DNA of 64,000 nt from Candidatus Magasanikbacteria bacterium RIFOXYD1_FULL_40_23 (GTDB lineage: Bacteria > Patescibacteriota > Patescibacteriia > Magasanikbacterales > GWA2-37-8): positions 62,161-126,160 of the forward strand of contig MFRA01000001.1 in the NCBI GenBank assembly GCA_001783215.1, given 5' to 3'. Within the stretch, counting starts at the first letter, position 1, and each line of letters begins with the position of its first letter. Under the pieces are notes generated by a model. That model had not been told where the DNA came from. It made no database searches and saw nothing but the letters and a program-made list of their open reading frames with translations. This document shows, in pieces, positions 1-9,152 of the stretch. The position numbers were made by a program, and so were the translations under genes.

Positions 1-5
1 TTAGT

Positions 6-1199
6 TTGTTGCCGTTTGCTTGGGCAACGGCCGGATCGTTTAGTTTGCCTGTAAATTTTGGATTGCTTATTTGGCTGTTTTTAGTTTTACTGATTTTAAA
101 AAGAATTAATTTACCAACCAAAGAACAGAAATTAGTTCTTATTGTAGGCGGTGTTAGTTTATTTTTTGGCTACTCCCTGTTTTTTATTTTATTCTGGCTA
201 ATGTGGGCTGTAGCAGAATTTTTAATTTGGCAATTTGTAAATCCGGCAAAATTAAAAAAGGCAGCACTAGTGTTAATCTGCTCCCTCGCAATTCCGGCTG
301 TAGAATTAATTGCAGGTTATAGTAAGTTTGACCCAGATATAAATTGGTTAGGTCAAATCAAGCAACTGCTGGGTAACCTCTCTGCGTTTTATTTGGCTAG
401 CGGTCCAAGGCCACACGATATCGCTACTGGCAATATTATTTTTAATCAAACTCCACTATCGGTATTTGTACCAAACCTGATTACCTACTGGAGATGGTGG
501 CTGGTAGTTTTTTCTATTTGTTTTTTTGGTGTAGTTATATATGGTTTTATAAAAATCTGTCGTGATAATAAAATAAATAATCAATGGTTGGGCATAGTTG
601 CGCCTGGAATTATATTTGGTTATATAATTAGTAACTATTTTTTATCAGGTTCACATATCTTGGCCCGAAGATTAGACGGCGTGGTGGTTCTTTTTTTAAT
701 GTTATTATTTTTCTACGGACTTACAAAAATTTATCAGCGTTTTGTTTGGAAAAATAAAACATGGCAAATATTAGCTATGCTTGTTCTATCTTTGGGTATT
801 ACGGCTTCGTATTCTCTGGGTCCGGATACAAATACTGTGAATGTGGGTGAATATGAAGCAGCGAGTTATGTCTGGTTGCAAGAGCAATTATCCGAGAAGC
901 CGTGTGTATTAGCAGATACCTATCCACTTTTGGCGTTAGAAGCAGTTTCTGCTAAGCAAATTATCGGTGGTGGTTTTCCAATAGATGCAGATTTTGGCCA
1001 GCCAGAAAGGGTAAAATCCTTTGAGCAGATGAATATTGCTATAAATGATAATTTATTAAATCAGGTTGGGCAGTTAACAGATGCAGACCACTGTTGGTTT
1101 ATTGGTAAAGCAGAAAACTTTCAAAAACAAGGGATTTTGAAAGCAGAAAATGTTTTTGGAGACTCGGCCATTATACGATATAATATCGTAAATAATTAA
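6..1199 (+). CDS. Polytopic membrane protein, 5'-truncated at the window edge (possibly GT-C-like)
   Basis: Many hydrophobic segments followed by a soluble C-terminal domain; the ORF runs from the window edge. Confidence 0.55.
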   Translation: MLPFAWATAGSFSLPVNFGLLIWLFLVLLILKRINLPTKEQKLVLIVGGVSLFFGYSLFFILFWLMWAVAEFLIWQFVNPAKLKKAALVLICSLAIPAVELIAGYSKFDPDINWLGQIKQLLGNLSAFYLASGPRPHDIATGNIIFNQTPLSVFVPNLITYWRWWLVVFSICFFGVVIYGFIKICRDNKINNQWLGIVAPGIIFGYIISNYFLSGSHILARRLDGVVVLFLMLLFFYGLTKIYQRFVWKNKTWQILAMLVLSLGITASYSLGPDTNTVNVGEYEAASYVWLQEQLSEKPCVLADTYPLLALEAVSAKQIIGGGFPIDADFGQPERVKSFEQMNIAINDNLLNQVGQLTDADHCWFIGKAENFQKQGILKAENVFGDSAIIRYNIVNN

Positions 1200-1208
1200 A
1201 ATTTTATT

Positions 1209-1613
1209 ATGCTAGACTGTCTTTTTTGTAAAATAGTTGCCGGAGAAATTCCAAATTACACTGTCTATGAAGACGAAAATGTTTTGGCTTTTTTGGATAT
1301 TCATCCTTGCTCCAAAGGCCATACGGTAGTTGTGCCTAAAAAACATTTTGGTAATTTATGGGATATGAGTGTAGAAGAATTTCAAATTTTAACATCTGGT
1401 TTGCGTGTAGCCGCAGAACAAGTACGGGCAAAGATTAGTCCGGATGGTATGAATATTGGAATAAACAACGAAAAAGCTGCAGGTCAGGCTGTAGGGCATG
1501 TGCATTGGCATATTATTCCTAGGTGGAATGATGATGGCGGTACTAGTATGCACGGCATAGTTCGCAATGGTGCAGAAGTAGATGTAAAAGAGACGGCTAA
1601 ATTGTTTATATAG
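1209..1613 (+). CDS. HIT family nucleotide hydrolase
   Basis: DCLFCKI N-terminus and HVHWH histidine triad. Confidence 0.93.
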   Translation: MLDCLFCKIVAGEIPNYTVYEDENVLAFLDIHPCSKGHTVVVPKKHFGNLWDMSVEEFQILTSGLRVAAEQVRAKISPDGMNIGINNEKAAGQAVGHVHWHIIPRWNDDGGTSMHGIVRNGAEVDVKETAKLFI

Positions 1614-1616
1614 CGT

Positions 1617-2171
1617 ATGTCAAAATTTAAAAAAGTATCTTCAGAGGTTAGGCACAAAAATCCTTGGTGGGAATACAAATGCGATAAAATAATTAGAGCC
1701 GATGGAAGTGAAGGAGAGTATTGTTATGTAGAAACGCCTGGCAATGTAATTATTGTCCCTATTTTGGACGATGGGCGCGTGGTTTTGGTAAGACAGTTTA
1801 GATATCTAGACGACAAAAACAGTGTGGAATTTCCTGGTGGAGGAATGGTAAAAGGTGAGACACCGGCCGAAGCAGCCAAAAGAGAGCTGTTAGAAGAATC
1901 TGGCTATGCAACAGACAATTTAATAAGTATCGGTTCGTTTGAGCCTTCTGTGGGTGTGATAAAGGATTTATCGCATGTTTTTATTGCCAACGAACTAGCG
2001 CGAGTACAAGAACCGAAATCAGATGCGTTTGAAAGTACCGAAGTTTTTGTACGACGAATTGATGAATTTGAAGATATGATAAAACGAGGTGAAATTTGGA
2101 ACGGGCAGTTGCTTGCCGCATGGACGCTCGCTCGAAATTTAGTAGTCAAGAATCTTGGTAGTGAAGAGTAG
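1617..2171 (+). CDS. NUDIX hydrolase (ADP-ribose pyrophosphatase-like)
   Basis: Nudix box GGMVKGETPAEAAKRELLEESG; LVRQFRY motif. Confidence 0.9.
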   Translation: MSKFKKVSSEVRHKNPWWEYKCDKIIRADGSEGEYCYVETPGNVIIVPILDDGRVVLVRQFRYLDDKNSVEFPGGGMVKGETPAEAAKRELLEESGYATDNLISIGSFEPSVGVIKDLSHVFIANELARVQEPKSDAFESTEVFVRRIDEFEDMIKRGEIWNGQLLAAWTLARNLVVKNLGSEE

Positions 2172-2229
2172 TTTGTGATATACTTTATCTAGACTTCTGT
2201 TGTAGGTTTAGGTAAGACTAAAAAATACT

Positions 2230-4239
2230 ATGTCAGAACCAAGTGAAAAAGTGTTAAATAGTCTGGGTAATCCCGAGATTAATTTTTTTGCATCTACAAA
2301 TTTTCGCAATAATAACAGAAAGTTTGGTATAAAACTCGACGATCGTCGCCGTCATATGTATGTAGTAGGCAAAACCGGCATGGGTAAAACTACTTTGCTA
2401 GAAAATATGGTGCTAAACGATATCTACGCAGGCCATGGTGTAGGCGTGGTAGATCCGCACGGAGATTTTGCCGAAAAAATCATTGATTATATTCCGCCAA
2501 ATCGTATAAACGATGTGGTGTATTTTAATCCTTCAGACATTGATTTTCCAATTGGCTTCAATATTCTAGAATCAATTGATCCGCGCTACCGTCATTTGGT
2601 AGCATCGGGTCTTATGGGTGTGTTCAAAAAAATCTGGCCAGATGTTTGGAGTGCTCGTATGGAATATATTTTAAACAACACTCTTTTGGCATTGCTAGAA
2701 TTTCCAAACACTACTCTGCTTGGTATAAACAGATTGCTGGCCGACGACGGTTATCGCAAGCGCGTGGTGCGAAACTTAAAAGATCCGGTAATCAAAGCTT
2801 TTTGGGAAACAGAATTTGCGGGTTATAACGATAGGTACAAGCAAGAAGCTGTGGCGCCGGTACAAAACAAAATCGGTCAATTTTTGTCCGCTTCAGTTAT
2901 TCGCAATATCGTGGCGCAAGTTAAATCGCGTATCAACATTCGCGAAATTATGGATAACAAAAAAATATTTATCATGAACTTGTCCAAAGGTAGAATCGGA
3001 GAAGATAATTCCAGATTGTTAGGCGGCATGTTGATTACCAAAATTCAGTTGGCCGCCATGGAAAGAGTAGATACTCCGGAGCGTGATCGTAAAGATTTTT
3101 TCTTATACGTAGACGAATTTCAAAACTTTGCTACCGAAAGTTTTTCTAACATCTTATCTGAAGCTCGTAAGTACCGATTAGATTTAACTATGGCTCACCA
3201 GTACATGGAGCAGTTAGATGAAACAGTTCTGGCTGCCGTTATTGGTAACGTAGGTACTTTGGTTACTTTTAGAGTTGGTTCTACCGATGCCGAAGTTTTA
3301 GCCAAAGAATTTGCTCCTACTTTTATAGAAACTGATTTGGTTAACTTAACCAAATTTCAAATTTATTTAAAACTCATGATAGACGGTGTGGCTTCGCAAC
3401 CTTTTTCTGCCAACACCTTGTCGCCAATTAATATTTCTACTCAAAGCACAGATAAGGTCATTAGAGTTTCTCGTGAACGCTATGCCACCAACCGCGAAAA
3501 CATAGAAGACAAAATCATGCGTTGGACTGGTATGGAAAACGGTGGAACTGGTGACACCGATGAAGACGAAGACGATAAGTTGGACCCAGATGAAAACTAT
3601 ACCCAAGACGAAGAGGGTATGCCGGTGCTTATAGAAAAAAAGATAGTACCATCTCCAGCTCCTAAACCAAAACCAGAACCTCCAAAATTATCAGTTGCCA
3701 AACACGATATTAAATCGAATAAGAATTTAGATATAAAACAAAGTCGTCCAGTATCGTTGGTTGATGCTACTCAAAAGGGGATCAGTCTTTCTCAGGCAAT
3801 GCCAACAAGTAAGTCGGGGCATTCAAGTTTTAGTTCTGGCAAAACAGATCAGAACAGAAAACCAAATGTTTCTAATAGCCATGGCGGCGGAAACAGAAGA
3901 AACGATCAAAGACCGGGAGGAGGAAGCCAAAGACCTTCAGGCCAGTTGCAACCAAGGCAATTTGTAGAAAGTAAACCGAAACCAGTTTCTGCATCGCTAA
4001 GCCAGACACCTTCAGTTATGCCAAACACGGCTCCTTCTGCGCCAGCCACACCCGCAGAAAACAAACCTATGGTAGAGCCTTCGCTATTGTTAGCAAAGCC
4101 ATTGTCTGAGCAGGTAGTTAATGTCTTGCCAGCTGTTAAGGATGAATCAGCGCAAGCCCCGGCGCTTTTGGTTAACCAAGAGCCAAAAACATCTGGTGGC
4201 AAGATGTTTCCAAGCAGAATAATAAAGATAGATGAGTAG
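2230..4239 (+). CDS. Type IV coupling protein/HerA-like (DUF87) P-loop ATPase with low-complexity C-terminal tail
   Basis: RRRHMYVVGKTGMGKT Walker A, VDPHGD, YVDEFQNF Walker B, SEARKY, AHQY. Confidence 0.85.
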   Translation: MSEPSEKVLNSLGNPEINFFASTNFRNNNRKFGIKLDDRRRHMYVVGKTGMGKTTLLENMVLNDIYAGHGVGVVDPHGDFAEKIIDYIPPNRINDVVYFNPSDIDFPIGFNILESIDPRYRHLVASGLMGVFKKIWPDVWSARMEYILNNTLLALLEFPNTTLLGINRLLADDGYRKRVVRNLKDPVIKAFWETEFAGYNDRYKQEAVAPVQNKIGQFLSASVIRNIVAQVKSRINIREIMDNKKIFIMNLSKGRIGEDNSRLLGGMLITKIQLAAMERVDTPERDRKDFFLYVDEFQNFATESFSNILSEARKYRLDLTMAHQYMEQLDETVLAAVIGNVGTLVTFRVGSTDAEVLAKEFAPTFIETDLVNLTKFQIYLKLMIDGVASQPFSANTLSPINISTQSTDKVIRVSRERYATNRENIEDKIMRWTGMENGGTGDTDEDEDDKLDPDENYTQDEEGMPVLIEKKIVPSPAPKPKPEPPKLSVAKHDIKSNKNLDIKQSRPVSLVDATQKGISLSQAMPTSKSGHSSFSSGKTDQNRKPNVSNSHGGGNRRNDQRPGGGSQRPSGQLQPRQFVESKPKPVSASLSQTPSVMPNTAPSAPATPAENKPMVEPSLLLAKPLSEQVVNVLPAVKDESAQAPALLVNQEPKTSGGKMFPSRIIKIDE

Positions 4240-4296
4240 TAATCTGTGTTATTGACAGCTCCGATAAAACAAAGGTCAGTCTAAACACTTATTTTT

Positions 4297-7200
4297 ATGG
4301 ATGAAAAGCGCAACATTGCTGAATCTCATTATTTTACTGTTGTGTTATTTTTTATACTTACACTTACCGTTACGATAATCGGTATCTTTTTTTCTATTAA
4401 GGTAATTCGTGGAGCGGAAATTATTAACTGGACTCAAACTGATTGGCAAAGTGGAGTAGATAGTGGTGTTATTGCGACCAGCGCTTCAAATCAAACTGGT
4501 TGGACACAGTATTCCAGTGTAACTAATCTTTCTGCTACTTCATCGCCTGGGGATTTAAAACTCGCCACTACAAGTTCTATCGCAACAGACGATGGAACCT
4601 TTAGTGCTACAGGTCTTGCCACAGGAGGTGGGTTAAGCAATGGCACAGTAGTGAGTACGACTGTTTCCGAAAGCGGTGCGGCTGCGAGTGTTCGGCTCGC
4701 AGTAAACGCAACGACATCGGTAAATATTTTTGATTCTACGATGCCACCGGTGCCCGGAACAGTTTCAACGGGTAGCGGCATGATTCGAAATGGTGATGAT
4801 GACGAGATTTATGTGATTCAACCTGGTACGGGCTTTCACAAATATTCTGTTTCCGGTAATTCTTGGACGACACTTGCTGTTGTGCCTGGCACTGTTGGTG
4901 CGGGCAGTGAAATGATTCGCAATGGCTCGGACAATGATATTTATCTTCTTCAAGGTGGTGGTACTGGCATTTATAAGTACTCTATTTCTGACAATTCTTG
5001 GACCACACTTACTGTTGTGCCTGGTACTATTGGTAACGGTGGCACCATGATTCGTAACGGTTCGAGCGATGATATATATGTGCTCCAAGGTGGCAATGCG
5101 ACTGGCTTTTATCGTTATTCCATTGCCAGTGATACTTGGAGTGCGTTAACAGTAGTGCCAGCCACAGTTAACACTGGTGGTACTATGATTCGTAATGGCT
5201 CAGATAACGACATTTACGTTCTAGAAGGTACTGGCAGTAGTGCGTTTTTTAGATATTCCATTTCCGATAACTCTTGGACAACGCTTACAGCTGCGCCAGC
5301 TGTCGCCGGCAATGGAGCTACCATGATTCGTAATGGCTCAGACGATAACTTTTACTTTATTCCCAGCTCTTCTGGGGGCAGTACCGCTTTTTACAGCTAC
5401 TCCATCGCCAGTAATACTTGGAGTACATTAACAGTAGTACCAGCCTTTCTTTCTGGTCCCGCTTCCATGTTTCGGAGTGGGTCGGATGATTATATATATC
5501 TATTTCAAGGTGCCGTCACCAGCGCGTTTTTTAGGTACTCCATTTCTGGCAATTCCTGGACTACACTCACGGCACTGCCTGGCAATACTACAGTCAGTGG
5601 CGTTATGGTTCGAAATGGTTTGGATGACCAAATTTATGTTCTGGCAGCTGCCGCTACCAACGGTTTTTTTAAGTATTCTGTTTCTGGTAATTCTTGGGAA
5701 GGTTCAGGGGTTAGTTCAATACCAGCAGTTCCTGGCGCAGTTGGCACAGGTAGCGCTATGATCCGTAATGGCGCTGATGACGATGTGTATGTGCTCCAAG
5801 GCGGCAGCGCAACTGGCTTCTATCATTTTTCCATTGCCAGTAATACTTGGAATACATTAACCGTCGTGCCAGCTTCGGTTTCTACAGGTGCTTCCATGAT
5901 TCGCAATGGTAGTGATGATAATATTTATGTGCTTACAGGCAATGGCACTGGTTTCTATAGTTATTCTATTTCTGGCAATTCTTGGGCAACGCTTACTGTC
6001 GTGCCAGCTTCGGTTTCTACAGGTGCTTCCATGATTCGCAATGGTAGTGATGATAATATTTATGTGCTTACAGGCAATGGCACTGGTTTCTATAGTTATT
6101 CTATTTCTGGCAATTCTTGGGCAACGCTTACTGTCGTGCCAGCTTCGGTTTCTACAGGTGCTTCCATGATTCGCAATGGTAGTGATAATAACATTTATGT
6201 TTTAAGAGGTGCTAGCACTGGTTTTTATAGTTATTCTATCTCTGACAATTCTTGGACGACACTTACTGTTGTACCTGCTTCAATTGGAAGCGGTTCTTCC
6301 ATGATTCGTAATGGTTCGGACGATAGTATTTATGTCCTTCGAGGGGGGAGTACTGGTTTCTATTCTTATTCCATTTCTGGCAATTCCTGGACAACGCTTA
6401 CTGTTGTACCTTCCACTGTCGGTGCGGGTGGTAGTATGATTCGCAATGGTTCGGATGATGATATTTATATTCTTCGAGGCAATACTAGTAATGCGTTTTA
6501 TCGGTATTCCATATCTGGCAATGCTTGGACTACGCTTGTTACCGTACCAGTAAGTGTTGCTGCGGGCTGCATCATGATGCGTAATGGTGCTGACCATGAG
6601 TTATATATACTTCAAGGAAATAGCACCTCTAGCCTTTGGCGTTATCTCATAAACACCACGACATATTCCACGTCTGGTACTTTTACTTCAGCAGTCATTG
6701 ATACGGCCGGTGCGGCAACTTTTGGAAACATTTCTTGGACATCAGCGCTTCCAGTGAGCACAACATTAACGTTTGCGACGCGCTCAGGTGCTACTGCCAG
6801 TCCTGATGGTACATGGTCGGACTGGAGTACAGAACTTTCCAATTCTGCTGGCAGTGCCATAGTTTCGCCTGTAGCGCGATATATTCAGTATCGCGGTACG
6901 TTCGGCACATCCAATACAGCCAAAACCCCAACTCTCAGTAATTTTTCTTTAGCTTATAGCGCATATCAGCTCACTGGAAATTTAGTGTCATCTGTTTTCA
7001 ATACTGGTGAAGTTGATAATATCATGGGGGGTATTTCATGGACAGAAGATGTTTCACTTCCCACCAGCACAACTGTTACTGTATCCTTACGTACCGCTGC
7101 TTCTGCCGACAGTTTGATTGGTTCTTGGGTAGATTTTACTAACACTATAACGAATTGTACCAAATCATCCAGTACGGTTTCTTGTACGATTGATGCTTTG

Positions 7201-8061
7201 CCAACGGCGTTTAAATCTGGGGATGATGATCAGTATTTTCAATATAAAATTACCCTAACTTCCCCAGATGGCGTTGCTTCTCCGTCTGTTGGTGGTGTTG
7301 TTTTGTCTTATACTCAGCTGGATGCTGCTAGCGCAAGCGCGGGTGTTGCTTTTCCGGTAAATCAACTTGTTATATTAATTCCAACCGCTTCTACTTCTAG
7401 TGGCTCTGCAACTTCAACGCAGGAACAGATCCGTTCAAAAATTATTGAGGATGAAGCTCTAATTTTAAAAATGGAAGAGGCTGGACAAAAAGTGCCGATA
7501 GCGCTAAATCTATCCGCAAGAGATTATAAGGGGTTGTTTACTAAAGTCTTTGCATTCGGCTCTAAGAATATCGAAGTAAAAACCTTGCAACAGTTTTTGA
7601 ATGTCGCTGGGTTTATTGTAGCAAAAATGGGGCCAGGATCTCCCGGGAATGAAACTATTTTCTTTGGTAAATTAACAGAAGCGGCGCTTGCGAAATTTCA
7701 AGTATTCAATGGCATTACTATTGCACAAGGGAAGTTGGATCTTGAGACGCGTATTTTTATTGAAAATCTTAGTGGTACAATGTTGCCACAGTTATCAAAC
7801 GATAGAGTCCTTTCTCCTATTTTTACTCGTGATTTAAAATTAAAAATGACAGGAGAGGATGTCCGTTATCTTCAGATGTTTTTAAACAGTAAAGGCTTTA
7901 TTGTTGCTCCGTATGGCCCAGGATCTCCCGGGAATGAAACTATTTTCTTTGGTAAATTAACAGAAGCGGCGCTTGCAAAATTTAAAGTCAAGAATGATCT
8001 GCAGCCTTCATCTGGCTATCTTGATTCTAATACCAGGTCATTTATCAAATCCTTGCGTTAA
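4297..8061 (+). CDS. Large surface protein with 14 kelch-like repeats and two C-terminal peptidoglycan-binding domains
   Basis: N-terminal TM; 14 copies of a ~45-aa unit MIRNGxDDxIYVL..FY.YSISxNSWTTL; two LQxFLN..GPGSPGNET.FFGKLTEAALAKF domains. Confidence 0.8.
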   Translation: MDEKRNIAESHYFTVVLFFILTLTVTIIGIFFSIKVIRGAEIINWTQTDWQSGVDSGVIATSASNQTGWTQYSSVTNLSATSSPGDLKLATTSSIATDDGTFSATGLATGGGLSNGTVVSTTVSESGAAASVRLAVNATTSVNIFDSTMPPVPGTVSTGSGMIRNGDDDEIYVIQPGTGFHKYSVSGNSWTTLAVVPGTVGAGSEMIRNGSDNDIYLLQGGGTGIYKYSISDNSWTTLTVVPGTIGNGGTMIRNGSSDDIYVLQGGNATGFYRYSIASDTWSALTVVPATVNTGGTMIRNGSDNDIYVLEGTGSSAFFRYSISDNSWTTLTAAPAVAGNGATMIRNGSDDNFYFIPSSSGGSTAFYSYSIASNTWSTLTVVPAFLSGPASMFRSGSDDYIYLFQGAVTSAFFRYSISGNSWTTLTALPGNTTVSGVMVRNGLDDQIYVLAAAATNGFFKYSVSGNSWEGSGVSSIPAVPGAVGTGSAMIRNGADDDVYVLQGGSATGFYHFSIASNTWNTLTVVPASVSTGASMIRNGSDDNIYVLTGNGTGFYSYSISGNSWATLTVVPASVSTGASMIRNGSDDNIYVLTGNGTGFYSYSISGNSWATLTVVPASVSTGASMIRNGSDNNIYVLRGASTGFYSYSISDNSWTTLTVVPASIGSGSSMIRNGSDDSIYVLRGGSTGFYSYSISGNSWTTLTVVPSTVGAGGSMIRNGSDDDIYILRGNTSNAFYRYSISGNAWTTLVTVPVSVAAGCIMMRNGADHELYILQGNSTSSLWRYLINTTTYSTSGTFTSAVIDTAGAATFGNISWTSALPVSTTLTFATRSGATASPDGTWSDWSTELSNSAGSAIVSPVARYIQYRGTFGTSNTAKTPTLSNFSLAYSAYQLTGNLVSSVFNTGEVDNIMGGISWTEDVSLPTSTTVTVSLRTAASADSLIGSWVDFTNTITNCTKSSSTVSCTIDALPTAFKSGDDDQYFQYKITLTSPDGVASPSVGGVVLSYTQLDAASASAGVAFPVNQLVILIPTASTSSGSATSTQEQIRSKIIEDEALILKMEEAGQKVPIALNLSARDYKGLFTKVFAFGSKNIEVKTLQQFLNVAGFIVAKMGPGSPGNETIFFGKLTEAALAKFQVFNGITIAQGKLDLETRIFIENLSGTMLPQLSNDRVLSPIFTRDLKLKMTGEDVRYLQMFLNSKGFIVAPYGPGSPGNETIFFGKLTEAALAKFKVKNDLQPSSGYLDSNTRSFIKSLR
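5863..6186 (+). repeat. Exact 135-bp tandem duplication (2 copies plus a partial third) inside the kelch-like gene
   Basis: Identical unit starting gtcgtgccagcttcgg at 5863, 5998 and 6133. Confidence 0.9.
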
Positions 8062-8101
8062 AAGTAGATAATGTTGTATGACTAAGAAGTTATGTAGATA
8101 A

Positions 8102-8130
8102 TTGACAAAAGCAGTAATTTGTGCTATTAT
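8102..8130 (+). promoter_or_regulatory. Sigma70-type promoter of the CxxC-x17-CxxC gene
   Basis: TTGACA-17 bp-TATTAT with TG extension. Confidence 0.75.
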
Positions 8131-8271
8131 CGTAAGTAATAATTTGGGGTACAGAAGTACCAACGGAAGTTCCCAAAATTTTATTCAGCCGTAGCCCCTC
8201 AAGGGTGTGGGCGGAAGGTCGAATTTATAAAATCTCAAAAACCATTTTGGGAACAAAAAACACAAAACTAT

Positions 8272-8574
8272 ATGGCATTCGACGGAACAAGACAAATGTA
8301 TAATGTGGATCTAAGTTGCGCTAAATGCGGAACTCACATCTCACAATTGCCTTTTGAGCCAAAGGGTGATCGCCCAGTTTATTGCTTTGAATGCAATAAA
8401 GCCTATCGTCAAGATAGACCAAGTGATCGTGGTCCTCGCGCTCCAAGACAAATGTATAGCGTTAATGTAGCATGTGCTCAATGCGGCACCCAGATTACGG
8501 AATTACCATTCCAACCATCTGGAGATAAGCCAGTTTATTGCAGAGACTGCATGATGGCTCGCAGAAATTCCTAA
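8272..8574 (+). CDS. CxxC-x17-CxxC zinc-binding protein (two domains)
   Basis: Two CAxCG...LPFxPxGDxPVYCxxC motifs. Confidence 0.88.
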   Translation: MAFDGTRQMYNVDLSCAKCGTHISQLPFEPKGDRPVYCFECNKAYRQDRPSDRGPRAPRQMYSVNVACAQCGTQITELPFQPSGDKPVYCRDCMMARRNS

Positions 8575-8585
8575 TTGAATTTTTA

Positions 8586-8627
8586 AAACAAAAACACCTT
8601 CCTTAACCGGAGGGTGTTTTGTTTTTT
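8586..8627 (+). terminator. Rho-independent terminator
   Basis: aaaacaccttcc/ggagggtgtttt stem followed by T run. Confidence 0.8.
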
Positions 8628-8659
8628 ATATTATTTTATTTTAAATTACATTTTGTACC

Positions 8660-9105
8660 TTTTGAAACACTCCTTTCTCCCCACTTCTTTAGTAGAAGTG
8701 GGCAAGAATCGCTCACGGTGGAAAGGATTCAGAAAATTTAGGGCTCGTTTTCGTTAATTTTTAAAACTCGACAATTACTTATAATAATTGTCTCAAACAT
8801 TAAAAATTTACCTCGCCCAAAGGGCGAGGCTAACACTCAAACTCATCTCTAAATTTTAACTTCACCTTTCCAAAGTTCGCCTGGACACCGGACAACGTTG
8901 TCCGTCGGCTGTCCTCCGAGCATATGGCGAATGATGCTACTGGCCACGGTGAGGGTGAATGGTGCCTTTTTAGGCACGGATAGTCATAAGGTATATGCTG
9001 ATTGACTGTCCGAGTGAACCTGAATCGATTGGCAGTAGCGGAACGAGACATCCGCGAGGCAGTTTTGGGGTATCACCCCGTTTTGCTGACAAAATGGGGT
9101 GATGA
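8660..9105 (+). ncRNA. Candidate structured ncRNA, family unknown
   Basis: Series of nested stems (ttcgcc/ggcgaa, gctactggcca/tggcagtagc, ggatagtca/tgactgtcc, gtgcct/aggcac); G.U wobbles favour the + strand; no credible ORF. Confidence 0.5.
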
Positions 9106-9152
9106 GTTGTTTTATTCTTGAAAAAAATCCTAAAATAAGGTAGTTTATCGCT

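Noticed and set aside
4750-6650. CRISPR array or DGR template/variable repeat
   Set aside because: The repeats are in-frame ~135-bp coding units with no spacers; no cas or reverse transcriptase gene, and no adenine-specific mismatch pattern was evident
8830-9051. 73-aa minus-strand ORF (also 10251-10445, 10383-10580, 10715-10945)
   Set aside because: No SD or recognisable motif, and some start inside promoters; the regions are better explained by RNA structure
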